Source of the DNA: an uncultured bacterium
GTDB lineage: Bacteria > Acidobacteriota > HRBIN11 > JAKEFK01
Direction: 5' to 3'
Length of the DNA stretch: 64,000 nucleotides
Assembly: GCA_963843285.1 (NCBI GenBank)
Contig: CAWJJO010000012.1
Location: 140,399 to 204,398, forward strand
Numbering within the stretch: the first letter of the stretch is position 1; every line of letters starts with the position of its first letter. Positions 26,725 through 35,934 of the stretch are shown in pieces. A program made the translations under genes and the position numbers. Below the pieces are notes generated by a model. That model searched no databases. It had not been told where the DNA came from and saw only the letters and a program-made list of their open reading frames with translations.

Positions 26725-28557
26725 ATGATAGGGTTTCAATTGATCAGCATGCAATTTTACACTACTCATAGAATTCTGTTTTTCCACGTATTTCTTGCAT
26801 TTGCCGCAACAGTCGCGCTTTTCTCCTGCCGCCGCCACGATGGTCCGGCTCTGGTTCGGCTCACCGCACCGCCCGTGCCATCAAAAGCCACCTGGGAGCG
26901 CATCAAAATCGGCAGAACTACACGCACAGGATTCATCGTCCCGGCATCATCATCTAGGCTCGAATTCAAGGTGAAGGTGCCTTATGGCAAGCCCCATCTG
27001 TTCTTTTCGGCAGGTCTTCAATCTGATGAAAAGAGTAAGCCGCATCCTGTCAATTTTCGTATCAGTGTCGTACACAAAGATTCTGTCACCGATATCTTCC
27101 AAATCTTAAACAAGCATGCCGGCTGGAAGGATGTCTCGATTGATTTGAGCAGGTTTGCGGGAAAAGAGGTGCTTCTTCAGCTATATACAGCCGCTGAAGC
27201 GGGAAACAATCAGACTGCTGTGTGGGGTTCTCCGGAAATTTACGACATTTCGGCAGCGCACAAGAGCCCCAATATTGTGCTCATATCGGTAGACACGCTA
27301 CGGCCTGACCGACTCGGAGCCTACGGATACGGGCTTCCCACAAGTCCAGCCATCGATTCCCTGGCCCGCAGGTCTCTTGTTTTCAAGAACGCGTTTTGCA
27401 CTTTTCCTCAGACTCTTCCTTCACATGCAACAGTCATGACAGGGCTTTATGCTGGTAAGCATAAAGTTGCTAAACCAACGCTATTCTTGCCCCGTTACGG
27501 AAGGATTCCACAGGACCTGGTGACAATCGCCGAACTTGCGTCCTCACGTGATTACTTTACAGTCGGGATTACCGATGGCGGTTACGTTTCAAGTATCTAT
27601 GGTTTTGATGATGGTTTTGCAGAATACAGCGGAAATATGAATGTCGTTAACCGCGATCCTACAGCAAACATCGATTACGCAATCCAGTGGCTGAAAAAAA
27701 ACCACAGTCGCCCGTTCTTTTTGTTCCTGCATACCTATCGCGTCCACGAACCGTATGAGGCTTCCATCAATGCATTCCGGCGGTTATTTCCAAACTATCC
27801 GCTCAAGGAAGAGAGCGCAGTTGTCGAAACGCCGCAGCGCTGGCTGAATCAACTTAGACGCGGAGTACTGGTCGCATCTGCGGAGGACAAGCAGTTCGTA
27901 AACCATTGTTATGATGCGGGCATTCTCGAATTCGACTGGAAATTCGGAAATTTTTTGACGGAACTGCAGCGGCTAAATCTTCAACAAAATACGGTGGTTC
28001 TCCTGTTCGGAGATCATGGTGAACAGCTATTCGATCGTGGCAACGGTTTAGGCCACGGAACATCGCTTCATCGCGAAGAAATTGCAGTACCTTTCATTTT
28101 GTACCTTCCGGGCAAAAAGCATGAACAAAAAAATGAGCTGGTTTCGCTTGTCGATGTTTATCCGACTCTTGCTCAGATCATGGGGGTGAATCCAATTCCT
28201 GCTACCGACGGCATCAGCGTTCTGGACCCACAATCGCAGAAGAAAAGAGCCGCAAGATGTATTTATTATGAAGTGATCAGAGAGGACCAGGCAAGCTGGG
28301 GGACGCAAACACATGAATTCAAGCTCGTGTTCAAGTTCAACACAAAAGAAGAATCCCTGTACGATTTAAGAAACGATCGTCAAGAGACCCGCGACGTCCG
28401 TTTTGAATTCGGGCGTCCCATGCAGGTTCTGAAAACTTCATTGAGCAGTTACATGAAAGAATCGATGAAACCGTTGCAGAAGAGTTCGAAGCATCAACAG
28501 CTGGAGGAAACTGAGGAGCTACGGGAACAACTTCGCTCGCTGGGTTATGTCAACTAA
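26725..28557 (+). CDS. Secreted or lipoprotein sulfatase-fold protein with a Thr nucleophile motif (no multi-TM domain)
   Basis: The signal-like N-terminus ILFFHVFLAFAATVALFSC is a weak lipobox. IVLISVDTLRPDRLGAYG, FPQTLPSHATVMTGLY (T-x-P-x-H), FGDHGEQLFDRG. The C-terminus is LRSLGYVN. The ORF-track start 26650 lies inside the pseudogene remnant, so ATG 26725 or 26749 is more plausible. Confidence 0.7.
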   Translation: MIGFQLISMQFYTTHRILFFHVFLAFAATVALFSCRRHDGPALVRLTAPPVPSKATWERIKIGRTTRTGFIVPASSSRLEFKVKVPYGKPHLFFSAGLQSDEKSKPHPVNFRISVVHKDSVTDIFQILNKHAGWKDVSIDLSRFAGKEVLLQLYTAAEAGNNQTAVWGSPEIYDISAAHKSPNIVLISVDTLRPDRLGAYGYGLPTSPAIDSLARRSLVFKNAFCTFPQTLPSHATVMTGLYAGKHKVAKPTLFLPRYGRIPQDLVTIAELASSRDYFTVGITDGGYVSSIYGFDDGFAEYSGNMNVVNRDPTANIDYAIQWLKKNHSRPFFLFLHTYRVHEPYEASINAFRRLFPNYPLKEESAVVETPQRWLNQLRRGVLVASAEDKQFVNHCYDAGILEFDWKFGNFLTELQRLNLQQNTVVLLFGDHGEQLFDRGNGLGHGTSLHREEIAVPFILYLPGKKHEQKNELVSLVDVYPTLAQIMGVNPIPATDGISVLDPQSQKKRAARCIYYEVIREDQASWGTQTHEFKLVFKFNTKEESLYDLRNDRQETRDVRFEFGRPMQVLKTSLSSYMKESMKPLQKSSKHQQLEETEELREQLRSLGYVN

Positions 28558-28561
28558 AACT

Positions 28562-28600
28562 TTTCGATCCTGCCTCGACTGCGTGCAGCGAGAATCGAAA
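28562..28600 (+). terminator. Nested hairpin just after the stop of 26725-28557
   Basis: TTTCGAT..CTCGaCTGC-gt-GCAGCGAG..ATCGAAA is a two-tier inverted repeat. No downstream T-run, so this is only a candidate. Confidence 0.3.
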
Positions 28601-28657
28601 GTAGTACAGTGGCCCCATGATTGCTATCACCAGTATTGAAAGGAGAAAAAAGGAACG

Positions 28658-30340
28658 GTGACCATCGTGAAGGCAGTCAAACGAAACGCGCTGGCAAGTA
28701 ATTTTGCGGAAGGGGCACCTAGCTTCCGGATCTTTCTAATCGCGTTGATGATCCAGGTGCCTCTCATGATTCTCGCAGGACTCAAGAACCCGGATCAGAT
28801 GAACCCTGATTCGATATCTTATCTGCGGGTGGCCCAGTATTATCTGCAGGGCAAGTATCATCTGGCTGTCAACGGCTACTGGGGACCGTTATTCAGTTGG
28901 CTCACTGTGCCAGTACTCCCGCTTGTGAATGATCCTGTGCTGGCGTTCCGCATTGTGGATTGGATGAGCGCGGTGATCTATCTATTCGGTGCGATCAGAG
29001 TACTTCGGGCACTGGGGTTTGATCAGGTTACTGTTGCTGTGGGTGGAATCCTGATTGCTTTGTTTTCTATTCAGTGGTCCATATTCTTCATCGGACCTGA
29101 CCTGCTGATGAGCGGATTGCTACTGGTTGCGTTGAGTTACACACTTGAATCCGATGGCCGTCCTTTTGTCGCGGGTCTTTTCTTTGGAACTGCCTGTCTG
29201 ACAAAGGCGGTCGCTTTACCGATAGCACTTTTATCTCTGCTCGGTATCGCCATCATCCGTGTCCTGGCGGGGATAGCATCATTTCGAACGGCTATATATA
29301 TGGTAGGACGCAGCGCGGTGAGTATGATCTTGCTGGTATTACCCTGGGTGATTGTACTTTCCTTCCATTATGGCCAACCAACATTTTCAACAAGCGCAAT
29401 ACTCAATCATGGTCTGGTTGGTCCTCATAACCCGAATTGGCTGCATCCCTCATCCGCAGTCTACAATGTGCCTGAAGCGGGACGGATCACAACCTGGGAA
29501 GATCCAACGGTGCTCCGCAATCATCCACTGTACAGGCCCTGGTCGCCGTTGAGCAGCTGGGCCAATTTTAAACATCAGATAAACGTAATTCTTTTTAATG
29601 CCCACGAGCAGTTTGATTATTTCAGAGAATTCGATGGATCCGGAGTCGGGATCATTGCAGCGGTCCTGGGATTCCTGTTTTTTTTCAGGCCATGGGTGCA
29701 GAGTTTTCAGACACATCCGTGGCGCTTCGGAGCAATCGCTATCGCTGCGATCACTTCCATCTATTTACCCGTGTACGGGATTGCACCCCGTTATTATCTG
29801 GCGTGTTATCCGTTTTTGTTTTCAGCTACTTTAGGACTGCTAACGGTTTTGGCAATGAGGATTCAATCTCGGTTCGGAACAAAAGAATCAGATCGGCCGG
29901 CACAAATCCGCAATCTTGTTCTCATTTTGACGATCATACTGTTTATTTATGGCTTGATTGGGCCGCTCAAGCGATCTCTTAGTAGTGAAGGATATGGCGA
30001 GGCCCCCTATTCAGTCGCAAGACAAATGGCCGGTTTATTGCCCTTTCATGGTCCTGTCGCTGCCGTAGGCGACGGGCGACGAGTCGCTCTCTATATTGCG
30101 TTTCTCACCGAACAACCCTATTACGGAGTTAAGGTGGTAGCGAACGTGAGCGTTGCCGATCTGCAAAAGATCGGTGCCGCATTTGTGGTCGTCAAGCGGG
30201 GTCTGCCCGTGGACCAGATGTTGTCTAAGGATTCTGCCGTCCGGTTGGTGTCGCCACAGACTCAAGATGATAAAGCATGGCCCGAACGGCTTTACTGTCT
30301 TAGACCGTTGCATCCCGACCCTTTGCAAAAAAAACCATGA
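28658..30340 (+). CDS. Polytopic membrane protein, GT-C-like
   Basis: 560 aa with a GTG start. The first loop is NPDSISYLRVAQYYLQGKYHLAVNGYWGPLFSWL (D..Y..A...G....YWxPL pattern). About 12 TM segments plus a C-terminal soluble region. Confidence 0.45.
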   Translation: MTIVKAVKRNALASNFAEGAPSFRIFLIALMIQVPLMILAGLKNPDQMNPDSISYLRVAQYYLQGKYHLAVNGYWGPLFSWLTVPVLPLVNDPVLAFRIVDWMSAVIYLFGAIRVLRALGFDQVTVAVGGILIALFSIQWSIFFIGPDLLMSGLLLVALSYTLESDGRPFVAGLFFGTACLTKAVALPIALLSLLGIAIIRVLAGIASFRTAIYMVGRSAVSMILLVLPWVIVLSFHYGQPTFSTSAILNHGLVGPHNPNWLHPSSAVYNVPEAGRITTWEDPTVLRNHPLYRPWSPLSSWANFKHQINVILFNAHEQFDYFREFDGSGVGIIAAVLGFLFFFRPWVQSFQTHPWRFGAIAIAAITSIYLPVYGIAPRYYLACYPFLFSATLGLLTVLAMRIQSRFGTKESDRPAQIRNLVLILTIILFIYGLIGPLKRSLSSEGYGEAPYSVARQMAGLLPFHGPVAAVGDGRRVALYIAFLTEQPYYGVKVVANVSVADLQKIGAAFVVVKRGLPVDQMLSKDSAVRLVSPQTQDDKAWPERLYCLRPLHPDPLQKKP

Positions 30341-30423
30341 GCTTGCTGCCTTCGATGGCGTACCGAACAGGAAATCCGCCGCGGACCTCGCGTCTGATTT
30401 ACAGTAGTGTACAATAATGTGGC

Positions 30424-30870
30424 ATGAAAGTGGCCATTATCGGGGCTGGGGCAGCAGGATTGTCCGCTGGCTATGATCTTGCCAGACGCGGTGTCGCCGT
30501 GGAGCTTTTCGAGTGCGACAAGGCGCTGGGAGGATTGGCCGGCTCCTTCCTGCTCGACGGGGGCTATGTCGAGAAATTCTACCATTTCATTTGTCTCAAT
30601 GATTTTACGTATCAACAAACACTCCGGGATTTAGGTCTGCACCACCTCCTCCGCTGGAGATTGACCGATATGGGTCAGTATTACAATGGACGAAATTACT
30701 CGCTCGGCAGGCCCTACGATGATCGCACGATCAGCAACAGTCTGGGGTTAGGCAAATCCGCCGCCTCACTCATTCTTTCGGATGAAGGAGCCATGATTGA
30801 TCCGGTGTCCGCGAGAAAATGCTATTTCCGTCATAAACCGGAGATCTTCCATCCAATTATTGAGACGTAA
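30424..30870 (+). pseudogene. Internally deleted paralogue of the 5331-6638 FAD oxidoreductase. The Rossmann N-terminus is fused in frame to the C-terminal tail.
   Basis: Residues 1-96 (MKVAIIGAGAAGLSAGYDL...GGYVEKFYHFICLNDFTY...GRPY) parallel 5331-6638 residues 1-96. The sequence then jumps to DDRTISNSLGLGKSAAS, which in the full-length gene lies about 310 residues later. Confidence 0.75.
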
Positions 30871-32546
30871 AAGTGAACAACTCATACTTTGGACCGCGGT
30901 GTTCTTCCACCAGTTTCATATTTTCTCGAAGCCACTCTTCTTCGGGGGCGGGCTCCTTCAAGTAATGAATCTTCAGAAGAACAATGCGCCGTCGGCCATG
31001 AACCAACCGCTGTATATCCTGTGGGACTTTTCGTTGGTTAAGCTGACCGACCCAGGAGGTAACAGGAATGGATTTCGTCAAGTATCGGGAGAGGCAAATA
31101 ACACCGGAAGGAATCGAATGCACGATAATCAAATCTCCAGGTTGAGCATTTGAAGAAATTTGAGCAGCCAACTCTCGAAAGTTGTTCCGAGCGCGCTGAG
31201 GGGCGTACCACATCGCCCAGGTTCCCATGATGTAACCTGCAATTAACAGTACAAGACACAGCTTCCGCGAAGCCGGCTTCAACCGGGCAATCCAATATCC
31301 AATCAACAACTGTGCCACAGGCAAACCGCTTAACGCATAACGGGACACCCAAGCCGCTCTCGTATGAAAAATCAGATCCAGGACTGACGGGCCAAGACAC
31401 GCCGCCAGCAGCCAGATCCATGGCCATAGCCGTCCGCCAAGCAAAGTTGCCCGGGGCAACTGAATTGCACCGGTACGAAATTTTCTTCGCAAATGTATTC
31501 TTCGGTGATTCACAAGAAAGATCGCGGATACAACAGGAAAAGCTACGAAAACATCGATGGCAATTTGGCCCTGCCACAACACAGAAGGAGAGAGTAAACG
31601 CCACCAGAGAAAAAAGGGAGCGATCAGAGTTGCCTCCCAGCGGCACGGGATGTCGTAGCCAATCTTTTGTAACCCTCCATCTGCCAAGACTCTCTGGAAC
31701 GTACGCATACCAGGGGGTGATAAGAATGACCATACAAAGAAACAACAACAACCATTTTGTGCGACTTAAATGTCCGGGATCGAACAGAACCCAAAAAGCA
31801 AATGCCAGAAAAACAAAAATAAAGTAGTAATGCGTAAGAAGACCGGATGTGCCCGTTAATACGAGCAGAGGTCCATTGATTTTGTGAAATCCATTTTTCC
31901 GTAGATTTAGAATCAACCAAACCATTGCGAGGACCAGAAACCATACGAGTGAGTACATGCGGCCTTCCACTGAGTATTGAAGCGCTACCGGAGAAAGAGA
32001 AAAGAACAGGCAGGAAAAGGCTGCGGTTCGACGTCCCCCTAACTGTCTTCCCAGGGACCAAAGCACGGGAAAGCAAGCAAGGGCAAAGAACAGGGAAAAT
32101 AAACGAAGCGCTATATCGGTAGTTCCCAACCATCTGGTCCAGTAATGAAGGAGCATGTAGTAGAGAGGTGGGTTCGTGTCCGAGATCAGGACTCCACGTA
32201 AAACGCGGGACAACGACGCTGGTGGATCTTCATGCTCGGAGTAGCGACGGAAATACGATGGGTCGACTGGCTGGGGCGGTTCCTGGAAATCACCGAATGA
32301 GGGATTCGCCTCGGAAGCAGGGTGCTCTAAACTGTGCCCCGTAGCCCCTGCAAGGGAAAAAACCTCATCAACCCACAATCCCTCACGCGTCAAAAGCACC
32401 GCGTCCAGCAATCCTGCAATTACAAGGCAAAACACAATGACAACGTTTCTGCGATAAAGATCCCCTTTCATTGCTTTGCTTAAAATATCAAAATCGTCAG
32501 CGAATAGGAAATTGTAGTTCTTCATGCTGAACTCATCCTGGAGCAT
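30857..32546 (-). pseudogene. GT-C (ArnT/PMT_2-like) membrane glycosyltransferase split by an apparent frameshift near 31640-31710
   Basis: ORF 31038-32546 is plausible for about 300 aa (WVDEVFSLAG, DTNPPLYYMLLHYW, YSVEGRMYSL) and then becomes Cys-rich nonsense. ORF 30857-31708, in another frame, carries the plausible continuation (TM segments, then FRELAAQISSNAQPGDLIIVHS). Confidence 0.6.
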
Positions 32547-32551
32547 TCTTT

Positions 32552-33961
32552 CTAGGCGTTCGGGTCTACGCGTTTAGGATGGGTGCAAATCAAGTAAATA
32601 TACTTTGCAAGTAAGAAACCAAAATACACGGAGGGCAACACAAAGAACGGCATGAACGGCTGGACGTACCTAACCTCACCAAAGAAAATCAATGTAATCA
32701 GCAAAATATTCAGCAGATAAACAACAGGAAAGATGGGAACTCTTTCGTCATCACTCCTGAACAAACGAATAAGATAGTATAAGAGCATACCGGCCATGAC
32801 CAGGGAAAAAGGGAGGCTCCTCTGCACCGGAAAAGCCTGCAACACCTTGTTCAAGAAAAACTTGGGAAGATCCTTTTTGTTTCGAGAATAGAATATGAAA
32901 ACCTTCCTGAACGGGGAGTAATCGGTATTCTTCAATTGGTTGTACAAATATACCCTATCCCCTGCTTTCGCAGTTCTCCACTCAGTATGCCTGCTTCCGT
33001 TTTTGAGAGAATCTTCGTTGTTCCCCTCAAAAAGAGCCGGCTTTGTTTGAGATGAAAGAAGGACAAACCGTCCGCTTTTCCAGCTCGCATAAACGCTCCA
33101 GGGCACAATGAGAGGAACCATTCCCAAACAGAAAATCGAGATCGGAAGCAATCGTCGGTGCGGTTTTCGAATCCGGAGCATCAGATGCAGGATTAAGAAG
33201 AAAGGAATGAAAATATTTAATCCTTTGATTAGAATCAGAACCGCCGAGACACCACCAAGAGCAAAAATCCTAAGAAGGCTCGGGTGCTTCTCCCAAAAAA
33301 TGAAAACCACAACCCACCAGGCCAATGCGAATGTACTGAGACTTTCCGCCAGGATCTTCACTGGCGGTGGGCAAAAGTAGTGCAGAAAGACAAAAGAAGA
33401 AACGATGCCGCTGGCAATTCCCCATTTTCCCCAATAATGACCGGCAATCCACGGCATCATGGTCGCAACCAGAGCCAGCAATATCACCTGGAAAATTTTT
33501 ACGACTCGAGGATGTACATCAAAGATCCTGTACACGAGTGCTAAGAAAAGCGGATAGCCTGGAGGTTTGTCAATCGTATAAGGCACGCGCTTGAGGAACG
33601 ATTCATAGTAAGTAACGGGTCTTCCATTCGGCGAATAACGATCGATATCGGAACGTTTCTTCGCTCTCTCATTAAACCGATAGGTCTCAAATGGCTCGAC
33701 TCCGCGATCCTGAAAACCATGACCGTAAAGAACATTGACGGCAAGAGTCTGGTAGGCCCAACCATCGCCTACGCCGAAGAATACCGTATCGTCGCTTAAG
33801 CCGGCTTTGTTTCTAATATATAAGTAAACAAACGCGGTGCACGATACCAGAAAATAGACCAAGACGAACCGGGCCTTCATGGGTTGCACCATTTTATACT
33901 GTGAGCGAATTCCCGATGTCAACAAGAACAGCTGCATCAGGCATCTTGCTTTCAACCGCAA
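32552..33961 (-). CDS. GT-C fold membrane glycosyltransferase (ArnT/PMT_2-like)
   Basis: GVGDGWAYQTLAVNVLYGHGF and DKPPGYPLFLALVY are hallmark first-loop patterns. About 11 TM segments. The probable start is M24 (33892) or M28 (33880) rather than 33961. Confidence 0.55.
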   Translation of the reverse strand: MRLKARCLMQLFLLTSGIRSQYKMVQPMKARFVLVYFLVSCTAFVYLYIRNKAGLSDDTVFFGVGDGWAYQTLAVNVLYGHGFQDRGVEPFETYRFNERAKKRSDIDRYSPNGRPVTYYESFLKRVPYTIDKPPGYPLFLALVYRIFDVHPRVVKIFQVILLALVATMMPWIAGHYWGKWGIASGIVSSFVFLHYFCPPPVKILAESLSTFALAWWVVVFIFWEKHPSLLRIFALGGVSAVLILIKGLNIFIPFFLILHLMLRIRKPHRRLLPISIFCLGMVPLIVPWSVYASWKSGRFVLLSSQTKPALFEGNNEDSLKNGSRHTEWRTAKAGDRVYLYNQLKNTDYSPFRKVFIFYSRNKKDLPKFFLNKVLQAFPVQRSLPFSLVMAGMLLYYLIRLFRSDDERVPIFPVVYLLNILLITLIFFGEVRYVQPFMPFFVLPSVYFGFLLAKYIYLICTHPKRVDPNA

Positions 33962-34056
33962 GCTGGTTCAATTGTTCTACCTCCCGCTCTACAAGTTACA
34001 ACTGAGACTATTTGGCTATTTGTGCGGAACTCATCCGGACTAGCCGGGCTGCCGGC

Positions 34057-35886
34057 TCAGTTGAAATAACCCAAACTCTTCAAACGCTCGATCTGGGCGG
34101 GAGACAAACCTTCAACCTCCCTGTGGACCTGATGTCCCAGCTGACGATTCAGAAAAGGCTCCAGCTGACGGCCGATTTCCGGTTCCTTGTTATAGAGATT
34201 CATCAGCTCATTTGGATCGGTGGAGAGATGATACAATTCATACGTTCTTTGAAGATCATCGTTGCGAATCAGCTTCCATTCATTCGTACGAACACAATGT
34301 TTGACAACCTGCCTGCGGAAGCAGTCCGTAACCATCACCCTGTGGGTTGAACTGAAACGCCCGCCGGCCAGACCTACCAGATCAACGGAATCTGGAGTCT
34401 GCTTCGATTCCAGCCCTGCAGCCGACATGATCGTCTGAAAAATATCCGTCAACGCCACCTGTTGAGTGATGATTGTTCCCGGTACAACTTTACCTGGATA
34501 CCGAACAATCAATGGTACGCGAATCACGGGATCATACACGCTTTTGTGCTCGTAGTAATGTCCGTGCTCCCCGAGATTCTCCCCATGGTCGGATGTAAAA
34601 ATCAACAAAGATTTGTCATAAATTCCTTTTTCTTTCAGAAATGAGACGATACGGCCGATTTGAGCATCAACAGTTTCGACTTCCATCCCATACAACTTTT
34701 TCTGGCGAGGCAAGTCTTCATGTTCTGCTCTCAACCTGCAGCACGAGTTTAGAATTCCTCCATAGGGAAAGTGAGGATCATAGTAGTGCAAAAAAAGAAA
34801 GAAAGGAGATTCGACGTTCTTTGCTAACCACTTGAGCGCGGAGTCCGTTGTCGGTCCGGCATCTCTGGACAAGTCCCTATTGAACAGTCCCAAATCTGAA
34901 ACAAATCTTCCACAGAAGCTTCCGTCGAAATAATCCATCCATGTGAAATTATCGTCATATCTCTGAAAACCTCGATCCAAACGAGAGTTGTAAATTTGCA
35001 ACGGCCATCCTGAGACAAAGCCTCCCGTCCGGTAACCGGCTCTTAGAAGATGATGAGTTACAGTGGAAATTTCGTCCGGAAGTACAAAACCGTTGATGAG
35101 AACACCATGGACCAATGGGGGAAGGCCGGTCAACATGCTCATATGAGAGGGGCCGGTTAGCGGCATAAAAGTAATGGCATTCTTGAAGAGTGCCCCTTCG
35201 GCTGCAATCCTGTCAATCACCGGGGTGCGTATATAAGGAGACCCATACGCACTGACATAATCAGAGCGCAGTGTATCCACACTGATCAAAATCACCTTGT
35301 CCGCAGAATCCGGTCGTTTCACACCCTGATGATAGGAATTGCTGACCCATGGAAGGAAAAGAACAATCAGGATCGGTCCGATGGTTGCAAAAATCGAAAT
35401 CCTCATGAGACGTCGAGGAGAGATTTTGACTATTACAGAACGATGAAACAGCCTGGCCATGATCATGCATCCAAGGTAAACCGGAGCCAGAATCACTAAT
35501 AGGAAAGCTTTCTGCACAATCATGGGAGATTGCTTCAGAGGAAATCGGTATCGCAGGACCCATATACAGATACCCAGTAAGGTAGTGGCAGCAACACCAA
35601 TGTGCGGCCATAGCAACTTGCGGGAAATAAAATCCTTTTTATCAAGCAATCCTGCCACTTTTAGTAAGCCATAATGAAGTACGGCCAGCAGTACGGCGCA
35701 AAGAAGGGAAAACGCGAGATTGCAGACTATAAAGAAGAATGCCTGCCCTGCAACCCACGGGGCATATTCCATCAGAACACGAGACGAGGATTCCCAGGAA
35801 GTACCCAGAGAAAAGCAAACCACCCAGGCTATCAGTACATTTGTAAACGAGGAAGAGGATCTCTTTTGGCTTAAACTCTCGTTCAT
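34057..35886 (-). CDS. Multi-TM plus sulfatase-fold protein with a Thr nucleophile motif (tandem paralogue A)
   Basis: 609 aa. About 5 TM segments in the first roughly 190 aa. VILISVDTLRSDYVSAYG, PLTGPSHMSMLTGLPPLVHGV (T-x-P-x-H...TG...HG), FTSDHGENLGEHG, LYHLSTDPNELMNL. The C-terminus is LKSLGYFN. Confidence 0.7.
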   Translation of the reverse strand: MNESLSQKRSSSSFTNVLIAWVVCFSLGTSWESSSRVLMEYAPWVAGQAFFFIVCNLAFSLLCAVLLAVLHYGLLKVAGLLDKKDFISRKLLWPHIGVAATTLLGICIWVLRYRFPLKQSPMIVQKAFLLVILAPVYLGCMIMARLFHRSVIVKISPRRLMRISIFATIGPILIVLFLPWVSNSYHQGVKRPDSADKVILISVDTLRSDYVSAYGSPYIRTPVIDRIAAEGALFKNAITFMPLTGPSHMSMLTGLPPLVHGVLINGFVLPDEISTVTHHLLRAGYRTGGFVSGWPLQIYNSRLDRGFQRYDDNFTWMDYFDGSFCGRFVSDLGLFNRDLSRDAGPTTDSALKWLAKNVESPFFLFLHYYDPHFPYGGILNSCCRLRAEHEDLPRQKKLYGMEVETVDAQIGRIVSFLKEKGIYDKSLLIFTSDHGENLGEHGHYYEHKSVYDPVIRVPLIVRYPGKVVPGTIITQQVALTDIFQTIMSAAGLESKQTPDSVDLVGLAGGRFSSTHRVMVTDCFRRQVVKHCVRTNEWKLIRNDDLQRTYELYHLSTDPNELMNLYNKEPEIGRQLEPFLNRQLGHQVHREVEGLSPAQIERLKSLGYFN

Positions 35887-35934
35887 CTCGATCTTTGCAC
35901 TGTGGAACTCATCCGGACGAGCCGGGTTGCCGGC

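Noticed and set aside
31038-31650. Cys-rich C-terminal tail of ORF 31038-32546 as a possible Cys-rich or metal-binding domain
   Set aside because: The same DNA read in another frame gives ordinary TM helices continuous with a typical C-terminal domain. The Cys-rich stretch is therefore an out-of-frame artefact.
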